DNA of 64,000 bases from positions 209,302 through 273,301 of IMG/VR virus record IMGVR_UViG_3300011242_000002; one strand, written 5' to 3'. A program made the translations under genes and the position numbers. The DNA is from a virus (taxonomy: Duplodnaviria; Caudoviricetes). Positions 10,282 to 18,316 of this stretch are shown here, one piece after another. Below the pieces are notes generated by a model, which saw only the letters and a program-made list of their open reading frames with translations, was not told where the DNA came from and did no database searches. Numbering within the stretch: the first letter of the stretch is position 1; each line of letters starts with the position of its first letter.

Positions 10282-10450
10282 CGTCACGTATGCAGACACG
10301 ATCGAGTATCAGATTGATCAGGCGTCCGATCGCGCACGTTTACCTTTCTTTGTACTGCCGAAGAAAGAGCCGTTCATTCCAGAGATCTTTAAGGTTAATG
10401 GGGTGGTTGTTCGCGCCGAAGATCAACACATGGGGCCGTTTACGTCATGA
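10262..10450 (+). CDS. Hypothetical protein (62 aa)
   Basis: AGGAG RBS; overlaps both neighbours. Confidence 0.65.
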   Translation: MDQHQHNVTYADTIEYQIDQASDRARLPFFVLPKKEPFIPEIFKVNGVVVRAEDQHMGPFTS

Positions 10451-10593
10451 CACCTAAACAAAAGAAAAGACAGCAGTTAAAGCGTCGCTGTCACAACCAA
10501 CCGGGTAAGGGTCAGCGTAATACTGCGTATATGCAGATTTCTACCTGGCGGGCATCTTCTAAGCAAATGGCGTCCTGGACGACGTGGCCATGA
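10447..10593 (+). CDS. Small basic protein, 48 aa (absent from the ORF track), paralog 1
   Basis: Translated by hand: MTPKQKKRQQLKRRCHNQPGKGQRNTAYMQISTWRASSKQMASWTTWP; ATGA coupling at both ends. Confidence 0.7.
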   Translation: MTPKQKKRQQLKRRCHNQPGKGQRNTAYMQISTWRASSKQMASWTTWP

Positions 10594-10736
10594 CCCCTAA
10601 GCAAGAGAAGCGGTTGCGGTTGAAGCGACGTCACCACAATCAGTCCAACAAAGGCCAGCGTGGTATCATGCAGCTCGCCATTGCACGGCCGGCTATCACG
10701 CAGGGCAAACTCAGGATGACCATTCCGTGGCGGTAA
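10590..10736 (+). CDS. Small basic protein, 48 aa (absent from the ORF track), paralog 2
   Basis: Translated by hand: MTPKQEKRLRLKRRHHNQSNKGQRGIMQLAIARPAITQGKLRMTIPWR; same length as paralog 1 and clearly homologous N-half. Confidence 0.7.
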   Translation: MTPKQEKRLRLKRRHHNQSNKGQRGIMQLAIARPAITQGKLRMTIPWR

Positions 10737-10975
10737 AGAAAAAACGCAAGGTCGGTCGCGCTGCGCCGGTTAGACGTAAACGCCGGCGCAGCCGTAAGGT
10801 AAAGCCCGCGGGCTACAACGATCACGCGTTGAAGTTTATTCAGCAGCACGATCCGTTTAAAACAGAACCGTACGAACCGCCTCGTAGTGAAGACTACGGG
10901 GTGGTCCCTAACCTATTCCAACTCATCACTGCCGAAGAAATGGCGTTCCAACGTCAATACCGCAAACGGCGTTAA
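10727..10975 (+). CDS. Small very basic protein (82 aa)
   Basis: GTG start after AGGA; MAVKKKRKVGRAAPVRRKRRRSRKVK...RQYRKRR. Confidence 0.7.
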   Translation: MAVKKKRKVGRAAPVRRKRRRSRKVKPAGYNDHALKFIQQHDPFKTEPYEPPRSEDYGVVPNLFQLITAEEMAFQRQYRKRR

Positions 10976-10983
10976 GGATAATT

Positions 10984-11574
10984 ATGAGTACCTGTCAAGA
11001 AATAGAAAAACTAGGTCTGGAAAATGAGACCGGTTTTAATTATGCGGGTCTGCGTGTAAAGATGCATCACCGTTATGAGGGGGTTAATACTTGGGATGCC
11101 GTCGTGGTGCCGACTGTTGAGCTTTTTTGGAAAGACGTTTTGCTTGGCAGCTACAAATCCCTCCCTGAAGCAGTCAGTCAGTCATTCAATGCCGTGCGCG
11201 TTTGCCGGCCAGGGATTGCTGAGCAAGTGGGGTCAGACCGCCCACAACTGTTAACCGTGCTGTCATCACTGGGTAGTTTACTTGGCCTTGGTATCGGGAA
11301 TTTTTGCGATGTTCCTGAAATAGAAACTCGTCTTTACCCGGAAGACGATCGCACGCGTGCTGCGTTCAAGCACTGGGATGACCGTCCACAGGTGCGGGTC
11401 TTTGCTTCCTTGTCATCGTTTGATCTCAGTAACTTTAAGAACGAAGCCGTCCGCTATCGGATCGTAATGACCGCCCACGGTTCTGAGGTGATACATGAAG
11501 TCACTATGCCGTCGTGGCAGCTGATTGATCTTAATGAAACGTTAATTCAGCTTATGATCAAACACTTTGCATAA
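10984..11574 (+). CDS. Hypothetical protein (196 aa)
   Basis: AAGGA RBS; ends GCA TAA at a terminator element. Confidence 0.75.
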   Translation: MSTCQEIEKLGLENETGFNYAGLRVKMHHRYEGVNTWDAVVVPTVELFWKDVLLGSYKSLPEAVSQSFNAVRVCRPGIAEQVGSDRPQLLTVLSSLGSLLGLGIGNFCDVPEIETRLYPEDDRTRAAFKHWDDRPQVRVFASLSSFDLSNFKNEAVRYRIVMTAHGSEVIHEVTMPSWQLIDLNETLIQLMIKHFA

Positions 11575-11617
11575 AAAGAGAGGGCTGCCAAGGCGGCCTT
11601 CTTTTTTTTTTATGTTG
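11570..11617 (+). terminator. Hairpin/T-tract terminator flanked by GCATAA and TTATG
   Basis: gcataaaaagagagggctgccaaggcggccttc, long T run, then atgttg. Confidence 0.7.
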
Positions 11618-11625
11618 ATCTTATG
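11618..11625 (+). promoter_or_regulatory. Putative late promoter ATCYTATG
   Basis: Same motif upstream of several genes (20698, 24465, 27201, 31182); TATG is the known phiKZ late-promoter core. Confidence 0.5.
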
Positions 11626-11646
11626 TCATGGAAATGAGAGGTAGGT

Positions 11647-12300
11647 ATGTTAGAAACACTGTTGGGTAGGGCCGGGGCGACGAACAAACATTATATTGAT
11701 ATCAACTTTGAAGATGCGGAGGTTGGGTCAAGATCGATAATCGATCGTGGTACACTCGGGGTAGAGTTTAACCGCACTGTCTCAGGTGGGGTAAATAATG
11801 ATGGCGTCGTTGACGACCCCACCTTTGGTAAATGTTACAAGTTTGATGGCACGTCAGTATTCGTAGGAAACAAACATCCCGGGTTGTGGAATAAGCAGTA
11901 CCGAATGGAATTAAAGTTTGTTAACATCGGCATGAATTCTTCGCAGATTATCTGTGCGGGTGATTACCCTTATGCGGGTGGTCAGGCAGCGGGTTGGGAG
12001 TTGGCGACTAACCAGTACCCGGACACGTACATGCAGATGTTTTTAATCAATGCGAATGTGGTGTACACCCGACTGCTGCTGCCAGGTACCAACCCGGGTC
12101 CTTCCGTGCTGGAGACCATCATTGTTACCCGTATCGGCTCAGTGATCACCATGAGCAATCCCCGCACCGGTCAGAGCGTGGGTGTTAACTTTGATACCCA
12201 AGCCGACTACCTACTGCATGTCGGCGGCGGATATGTGAATAATTACGCAGCAGCGTTCCAGGGCTTATTAAAATCCTACACCGTTGAACTGTTGAGCTAA
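11647..12300 (+). CDS. Putative virion accessory protein, beta-sandwich (LamG/ConA-like) fold, MLExLL N-terminal family
   Basis: Starts MLETLLG; beta-rich; KCYKFDGTS and LHVGGG...FQGLLKS resemble LamG-type motifs. Confidence 0.55.
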   Translation: MLETLLGRAGATNKHYIDINFEDAEVGSRSIIDRGTLGVEFNRTVSGGVNNDGVVDDPTFGKCYKFDGTSVFVGNKHPGLWNKQYRMELKFVNIGMNSSQIICAGDYPYAGGQAAGWELATNQYPDTYMQMFLINANVVYTRLLLPGTNPGPSVLETIIVTRIGSVITMSNPRTGQSVGVNFDTQADYLLHVGGGYVNNYAAAFQGLLKSYTVELLS

Positions 12301-12301
12301 T

Positions 12302-12330
12302 GGCGGGGCTTCGGCCCTGCTGTTATGCCG
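12302..12330 (+). terminator. UUCG hairpin followed by TTATGCCG
   Basis: ggcggggc-ttcg-gccctgct then gttatgccg. Confidence 0.75.
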
Positions 12331-12368
12331 CTCAAGTATTCCTCGACATCCGGTGTAAATAAATTGCG

Positions 12369-12402
12369 TTGTAACTAATTTCACCCCTACATTACTTAGG
12401 TG
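12369..12402 (+). promoter_or_regulatory. Putative early (virion RNAP) promoter with TACATTAC core
   Basis: ttgtaactaatttcacccctacattacttaggtg, closely similar to 61959-61992 and to the phiKZ early consensus TATATTAC. Confidence 0.7.
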
Positions 12403-12450
12403 AATGCATTCCCGCTCATTTAGAGCATCTACACAACGAGGACACACCCC

Positions 12451-13155
12451 ATGTATCAATCTTCTTTTTTATCCCCAACGCCGGTTCAATCCTTAACGCC
12501 GATGATCGCTGAGCTGATCGACGACGTCAATACCCTGCTTGAGCAGGTGAGCCCGGGCGTGGATTACCGTATTGATCCCGACACCGGCGTGATTTTAGGC
12601 AAACGCCAAAAGCCATCCCTGTCTGGCGAGCCCAGCTATGATCACGCGCCCATTGGCTGGCTGGCCATTAATGATCAGGGCGCGGTCATTGCGGCGGAGT
12701 ATTTCAAGAACGAATCTTTCTCCTCTCATATCCACTACGTTCGCTCACTGTACCTGACCAAGCGTCAGGAGCGTATTGATAATCTCAACAGTCCCGACAC
12801 CCCGATCAACCTGTACGAAAAGATCACCGTGGCCTGTGTGTTTGAAGAGCTGATCGTAGAAGCCTTTGTGGCGGAACTCGAGGAGCGCGGCTTCGTGGTG
12901 GAAACCGTTTCGGTACGTAACTGGACGAAGGACAGCTCCCCGCTTGCCAGCATTCATTGTCCGCAGCCGGCCTTGACGATGTTACGCGGCAGCCGTGATA
13001 AATTCGTTCAGCGTTGGTCAGGGTTGCTGAAAGGCACCGACTTTGCTACCGTGACCCATCAGCCCTGGCAGCAGTATCAGCCAGGTGCGCTTAACTACGC
13101 ACCGCAAGACCTTGATCAACAACCGGGCAACGAGCCTAACCACAGCCAAGAATAA
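12451..13155 (+). CDS. Hypothetical protein (234 aa), probably early
   Basis: GAGGA RBS; first gene after a TACATTAC motif. Confidence 0.75.
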   Translation: MYQSSFLSPTPVQSLTPMIAELIDDVNTLLEQVSPGVDYRIDPDTGVILGKRQKPSLSGEPSYDHAPIGWLAINDQGAVIAAEYFKNESFSSHIHYVRSLYLTKRQERIDNLNSPDTPINLYEKITVACVFEELIVEAFVAELEERGFVVETVSVRNWTKDSSPLASIHCPQPALTMLRGSRDKFVQRWSGLLKGTDFATVTHQPWQQYQPGALNYAPQDLDQQPGNEPNHSQE

Positions 13156-13168
13156 ATAGGTAACTACC

Positions 13169-13534
13169 ATGGGCGATTACACGCAAGCAATCTACAAAGC
13201 GGTCAGCAGCAAGACGGTGACCAAAGGCAGCACCATGCACATCGATGACTTCGGTGACATTTGGACGCTGATCCCACAGCTTAACCGCTACGGAGAGCAG
13301 AGCGTGTATCGCCAATACACCGGTAACCTGATTATCTCCGATCGTCCACTGTACTGTGATATGCACGGTAACCATCTCTACATTGGAGAGCTGGTGCCGA
13401 GCTATCACTTTAACATCCGCAACCCTGCGGCCTTTATTCAAGGACTGCAGCACCAGGTAGGGTATTACCTGGAAAGCCGCTTAGGCAAAATCAAAGCGCG
13501 GTATTACAAGAAACCCGTTCGTTTTAAAGGATGA
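13169..13534 (+). CDS. Hypothetical protein (121 aa)
   Basis: AGGT RBS; basic C-terminus KARYYKKPVRFKG. Confidence 0.75.
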   Translation: MGDYTQAIYKAVSSKTVTKGSTMHIDDFGDIWTLIPQLNRYGEQSVYRQYTGNLIISDRPLYCDMHGNHLYIGELVPSYHFNIRNPAAFIQGLQHQVGYYLESRLGKIKARYYKKPVRFKG

Positions 13535-13541
13535 CCTTAAC

Positions 13542-13976
13542 ATGTTGAAACAACTTGCGCTACTGGCCGGCTTAAGCGCCGGCCTTTGTGTTCATGCCGC
13601 AGATACCGTAACCAGCGGTAAAGTCTGGTCGGTGGAGTACAACACCGCCTCCGCGTTCTATTCTGCTGCGAAAGATGAGCAGGAGATTACCATGGAGTGT
13701 CTCCTTGGTGACATGACCTTTGCCCTACACGACGATGAAACCGGTGACGAGTTTAACTCCCGCGACGAGAAGACCTTCATCGTGGTTGACGGTATCGCTT
13801 ATAAGGCCCCTACAACGCTTCAGGAGCGCGCCAAGTTCTACAACACTGTCTTGCATGCCTCAGACAGTATCCAGTACCGTACGGCCTCTGGCATCGAATC
13901 TAAGGTATATCCGGTGAAAGAGCTCCGTCAGTTCTTTCAGACCATCGAGTTTGACCTGTCAGACTGTAAGGAATAA
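13542..13976 (+). CDS. Putative secreted/periplasmic protein
   Basis: Signal-peptide-like N-terminus MLKQLALLAGLSAGLCVHA. Confidence 0.65.
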   Translation: MLKQLALLAGLSAGLCVHAADTVTSGKVWSVEYNTASAFYSAAKDEQEITMECLLGDMTFALHDDETGDEFNSRDEKTFIVVDGIAYKAPTTLQERAKFYNTVLHASDSIQYRTASGIESKVYPVKELRQFFQTIEFDLSDCKE

Positions 13977-14003
13977 ATTAACCTAACCCGTTGGAGTAAT
14001 CAC

Positions 14004-14324
14004 ATGAAAGAAATTCCGCAACAGCTCATTAGCGACAAGTGCCCCGAAGGACTGTGGGTGTATATCAACAAAGATCACTTTGTGTTGGTCAAGGGTGAAA
14101 CTAACGGTCGTCCCAGTGAAGTCGTTTTGGGTGCGGTGTTGGTCAGTGACAAGCCGGTCAAAGCCGGGGTGACCACCAACGTGGTAACCTTCCCCTTTGA
14201 GCGCAACCCTTCTACCTACCTGTACATTACCGGTAACGAGTTCCCGGATGCCCGCTGCTTGCCTATGTGGGACATGATCTTCGATAACTTAAACAAATAT
14301 CTGGCGTTAAAAGGGTATCGTTAA
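14004..14324 (+). CDS. Hypothetical protein (106 aa)
   Basis: GGAG RBS. Confidence 0.75.
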   Translation: MKEIPQQLISDKCPEGLWVYINKDHFVLVKGETNGRPSEVVLGAVLVSDKPVKAGVTTNVVTFPFERNPSTYLYITGNEFPDARCLPMWDMIFDNLNKYLALKGYR

Positions 14325-14338
14325 ATAACAATGATATA

Positions 14339-14370
14339 CAGCGGGGATTCACCTCGCTGTTTTTTTTTTT
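14339..14370 (+). terminator. Intrinsic terminator
   Basis: cagcgggg-attca-cctcgctg followed by a long T run. Confidence 0.8.
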
Positions 14371-14384
14371 GTTGAGGTGGAGTA

Positions 14385-14795
14385 ATGACCAAGGTCTATA
14401 GCAAGATAGTGGCAATCGCCAGTGACTTTGCCGGTGACTTCTCATTTCCCGCGTTACGAGAATGCCTACCGCCCCATACCCGTATCACGTCACTGTACAA
14501 CTTTGCCACCGCAACCCAGTTTGCTGAAGACGTGAAGTCGGCAATGAAACGCAGCGATGTCATCATCGTTGATACCAGCGAACACACCCTGCGGTTCCTG
14601 AAGCTATTGGAAATCCCCTATCAGCTCATCTATCTTGGACAGTGTGTGACCGACTGCGAGCAGCGACACATTAACCACTGTCGGTTGCAGGCCAACTGTA
14701 TTCACACCGAGCTTAAATCGCCTGACGAGTTTAAGCGTCTGGTATGGGAGTATCGCGCGGACGTTGGTCTCTCTGTGGCTTTACCATCGGCATAA
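14385..14795 (+). CDS. Hypothetical protein (136 aa)
   Basis: GAGGTGGAG RBS; stop codon lies in the CGGCATAA motif. Confidence 0.7.
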   Translation: MTKVYSKIVAIASDFAGDFSFPALRECLPPHTRITSLYNFATATQFAEDVKSAMKRSDVIIVDTSEHTLRFLKLLEIPYQLIYLGQCVTDCEQRHINHCRLQANCIHTELKSPDEFKRLVWEYRADVGLSVALPSA

Positions 14796-14846
14796 AAGCA
14801 CAAGGGCTTCTGCTCCCACAACGGGAGCAGAAGCACCTTTATGCCG
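14788..14846. repeat. CGGCATAA-hairpin-TTATGCCG element (probable bidirectional terminator)
   Basis: Stem gcttctgctccc/gggagcagaagc; both convergent genes end in the GCA-TAA of the flanks. Confidence 0.8.
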
Positions 14847-15213
14847 GTTTATTCGGATTAATGGCCTTTAGGGTTTTCTCGAGTTCAGACATCCCTTCCA
14901 GCTTTTTCGCATCGTTCTTGTTGCCGTAGCGAACCGCCCGTTCTTTGATCATCTGCTGCTTAGCGTGGGTGTAGGTCATCCAGACGTCAAGCGTGATTCC
15001 CGTCAGCTCGTAAATCCGGGCTTCCAGGTATTCATCCACGTAGCCGCCAAACCCGCTGACCAGCAGCGGGTCTTCCTGCTCGACTTGGCTAACCAACGAG
15101 AAAGGGGACGGATCGGTGTCGTGATCAATGAACCCGTAGGTGTCATCGTACAGTTCCAATAACCGCAGCTGCGCCACCTCAGGGTCACCTGACATGAACT
15201 TCGGGTCATTCAA
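14839..15213 (-). CDS. phiKZ gp76-like ORF; possibly expressed as a -1 frameshift extension of the upstream gene
   Basis: Only a TTG or internal ATG start with no clear RBS; frame stays open back through the T7 run at 15321-15327. Confidence 0.6.
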   Translation of the reverse strand: MNDPKFMSGDPEVAQLRLLELYDDTYGFIDHDTDPSPFSLVSQVEQEDPLLVSGFGGYVDEYLEARIYELTGITLDVWMTYTHAKQQMIKERAVRYGNKNDAKKLEGMSELEKTLKAINPNKPA

Positions 15214-15269
15214 GGCTTCTTCCCAGGCACCGCTGCGATCATGGTACGCGTTACCGAAATCCGGATGGA

Positions 15270-16919
15270 TTAGATGTCGGCGCTCGCGATAGAACTGTTG
15301 AGCGTATTCGCTAAGAGGGTAAAAAAAGCGCGGTTCATGTTGATCGGCGTGTAGTTCGGGAACTTGTCATTCACCGCCGGCTGACGACCTTGACAGGCCG
15401 GGCACTTGTAGCGTGGCAGCGCAATGATACCGATCGTCATGTCGTTCATAAAGGTGTTGATCTCTTTATAGAACGCTTCTTTAAAGGTTTCGTCTTTGCT
15501 GAGCTCGGCCAGCTGGCTGTAGATGTCTTCATCACCTTCGATAAAGCCGTCGACTTCGCCGTTGCTGTCCAGGTAGTCAATACGACGCACCCAGTGCGCA
15601 TAGTTACGCAGCGCAGATAATGCCGCCTGTTTGTTGATGTAGTTCACGCGCTCTTCACGGGTCAACTCATCTTTAAACGACAGAGTCACCGCGTCTTCAA
15701 TCGCATCGAGCCAGGCGGTACCGGCCTGCAGGTTTTGTTCAACCGATGGTGCACCAAACACCACGCGCACGCCAGGTGTAATGTTCACCACGTTATCACG
15801 GATCGCGGAGAAGTATTCCTGATACGCCAATACCGAGTTCACGTCGTGGTTGCTTTGCTTGCGCATATGACCACGCTGAGCTTCCGTCAGACGGGCGTTG
15901 TCGATAATCATCAGGCGGTTAATGTTGACACGCTGAACTTCCACGTGACCACATTTCGCCGGATCGACCTGACAGGCCTGCGCCAGGTTGTAGCCGGAGC
16001 GGAAACGGGCTGCCATGTAATAACCGACCATCAGCGGGATGTCCTGGATTTTCACCAGTGAGGTCAGTTCTTTCTTGTTGACCTTGCCCATAGAGGTATT
16101 GACGATCATCCCTGAGAGCAGATCCCACAGATGGCGCAGCACGATCACTTCGGAGTTGGAGAACACCAGACCGGCGGTACGACGACCCAGCACGGACTTG
16201 GCCGCCAGCACGCGGGTGTGGAAGTTGAGCATCTCATCTTCCCCGGCCACCAGGATGGTTGCCCAGATACCGGTGTGCGGCATAGGGAAGGTAATGAAGT
16301 CACCGACCTTCAGCTCCTGGCGCACACGGATCATGGCTTCACGTCCGGTTAGACGCGCACCCTTGCTGTGGTTGCTGTTGTTGATGCCTGGACGATAGCC
16401 ACCCTTCACGCGACCGTCGATCAGGATCCCCTGCAACCACTGACTGTTTTCGCGCATGACGGTGTCGGTCAGGCCGTTCTGGTAGCTCATGTGGTTGATC
16501 GACTGCTGGGTCGCAGCCAGCCACTCCATCGCCGCCGGGGCCCCTTTGAGACGGATCATCTCACGGAACAGTTCGGTTTCTGCTGAATCCCCGCGACCTT
16601 CGTTAATCCCGCCGACCAGATCCGCAATGGTCATCTGATCACCGTGGGTAACGTGCAGCAAATCAACCAGCTCGCTATACGGCTCGATCACTTTGCTGAT
16701 GCGCGGATCTTCAAACAGGTTATCGAGCTGAATATCGTCCTGCACTGGCAGGGTGTCATCAACGTCGACATCCACCTGTGCGTGACCGGGAACATTGCAT
16801 GGCTGCCCCATCATACCTGCAGGGCCCGTGTCGCCCTTTAGCATGGTGTCGGATGAGGTTGGGGTATTTAGGCTGGCGAGATCAACGCTCATCTCGTCTT
16901 CAGGTAATACGTGCTCCAT
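15270..16919 (-). CDS. phiKZ gp77-like core protein with Cys motifs; candidate tail/baseplate assembly chaperone
   Basis: ACQVDPAKCGH and KCPACQG motifs; position upstream of the vRNAP beta' fragment block. Confidence 0.6.
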   Translation of the reverse strand: MEHVLPEDEMSVDLASLNTPTSSDTMLKGDTGPAGMMGQPCNVPGHAQVDVDVDDTLPVQDDIQLDNLFEDPRISKVIEPYSELVDLLHVTHGDQMTIADLVGGINEGRGDSAETELFREMIRLKGAPAAMEWLAATQQSINHMSYQNGLTDTVMRENSQWLQGILIDGRVKGGYRPGINNSNHSKGARLTGREAMIRVRQELKVGDFITFPMPHTGIWATILVAGEDEMLNFHTRVLAAKSVLGRRTAGLVFSNSEVIVLRHLWDLLSGMIVNTSMGKVNKKELTSLVKIQDIPLMVGYYMAARFRSGYNLAQACQVDPAKCGHVEVQRVNINRLMIIDNARLTEAQRGHMRKQSNHDVNSVLAYQEYFSAIRDNVVNITPGVRVVFGAPSVEQNLQAGTAWLDAIEDAVTLSFKDELTREERVNYINKQAALSALRNYAHWVRRIDYLDSNGEVDGFIEGDEDIYSQLAELSKDETFKEAFYKEINTFMNDMTIGIIALPRYKCPACQGRQPAVNDKFPNYTPINMNRAFFTLLANTLNSSIASADI

Positions 16920-17377
16920 TATACGGATCCTTGTGGTTGGTTGGTCTGCTGGGCGGCAACGGCCGCTGCGTGTGCCAGTTCGTTAGAGTTGAACAGCGGC
17001 ACAAAGTAATCGTTATACAGCTGCAGCATTTCGCTTTGGATCACCACGTACTCTTCGTGGATCGACAGGAAGTTGGCAATGTCAGCTACCGTCATGGCGG
17101 TGCCGGTGCGACCTTCATGCTTCGGATGAATGTCGATCAGCTTTTGCTCTGCGCTTTGTACACAGGTCAGCAACGCATTCAGCCAGCCATCCAGCAGCTG
17201 TGGGTTCGGATGAAAACGAATGATGTTGCTGTTGACCGCCAGCAGGCACTGGTTGCGGTACTGGGTCAACAGATCAATCGTATAGTGTCTCACACCGGTT
17301 TCCAGGTATTCCCAACTGGAGTCTGCCGGCTGTGTTTCCTCTGGACGTGCCAGCGGATAAAGAGGTGTATTGGTCAT
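16919..17377 (-). CDS. Hypothetical protein (gp78-like position)
   Basis: TAATG coupling to the next gene. Confidence 0.7.
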   Translation of the reverse strand: MTNTPLYPLARPEETQPADSSWEYLETGVRHYTIDLLTQYRNQCLLAVNSNIIRFHPNPQLLDGWLNALLTCVQSAEQKLIDIHPKHEGRTGTAMTVADIANFLSIHEEYVVIQSEMLQLYNDYFVPLFNSNELAHAAAVAAQQTNQPQGSV

Positions 17378-17473
17378 ATGGTGGACGTCCTTTACTAAAA
17401 CAATAATGAGCGGGTCTTCATATATTGATATACCAAATGTTACAGAATACCATATAAAGAAGCGAGTATTGAC

Positions 17474-18316
17474 ATGAGCGATTTCAGCGAGCTGAATGAA
17501 TATTTAATGCCCTTAGTGGTCGACGTGCGTCGTGATCGCATCATCACCGCCTGTCAGAATCTGGCCAACGCCGGCTTTAACCAGGTACAGCCTGACGTGG
17601 ACCGACTGCTGAACATGGCCAACGACGGGGAAGCGCCAGAGGTGCTGGATGACCTGCACAAGCTGCTGTTCAACCACCTGCACGACGCCACCTTAAACCT
17701 CGGCTTTATCTGGAGTCAGGATCTGGATTGGACCGAAGACTTTAACTTGTTAAGCGACGTGCTTAACGCCTTAACGCTTTTGGACAACGTTGAAGACTAC
17801 GGCGAGATTACCCGCGTGCTTAACGATGACCTGCTGAGCAACGAAGAGAAGGTGGTCGACATCTTTGAGCTGACCCTGGCCAAGGATATGCACCGGTTGC
17901 TGGAGCGGGTCGACACCGTTGCCAGCGAAGCCCTGCAGGGGATCGCCAGCGCCATCACCACGCCTTTCGCAGAAGAAGATGAAGTCCCACCGACCAGCGA
18001 GCTGAACTACGTCAAAGAGCGCCTGGTGCGGTATCGTGACCGCCTGTATAAGGGCATGGCATACGAGTACATTGCCTGCGGCGGTGCCTTAGGCGTCAGC
18101 TACGAATCACTGCTGCAGTTGTACAACGATCCGCTGGGCGCGTTAATCGACGTTGACAAAACCGTGCTCACGCAGGAGCTCATTGGCTTTGCCCTGATCA
18201 GCGATGTCATTGATGATCTGTTGCAGGATGAAGTCTGCAAGCAGCTGGACATCTACATCGACGACAAGCTGGCCCTGCAGCCCCTGGGTGCTATCGTAAC
18301 AGGATTCTTCGCATGA
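17474..18316 (+). CDS. Acidic helical protein (phiKZ gp79-like)
   Basis: ATGA-coupled to the vRNAP subunit gene; synteny. Confidence 0.6.
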   Translation: MSDFSELNEYLMPLVVDVRRDRIITACQNLANAGFNQVQPDVDRLLNMANDGEAPEVLDDLHKLLFNHLHDATLNLGFIWSQDLDWTEDFNLLSDVLNALTLLDNVEDYGEITRVLNDDLLSNEEKVVDIFELTLAKDMHRLLERVDTVASEALQGIASAITTPFAEEDEVPPTSELNYVKERLVRYRDRLYKGMAYEYIACGGALGVSYESLLQLYNDPLGALIDVDKTVLTQELIGFALISDVIDDLLQDEVCKQLDIYIDDKLALQPLGAIVTGFFA

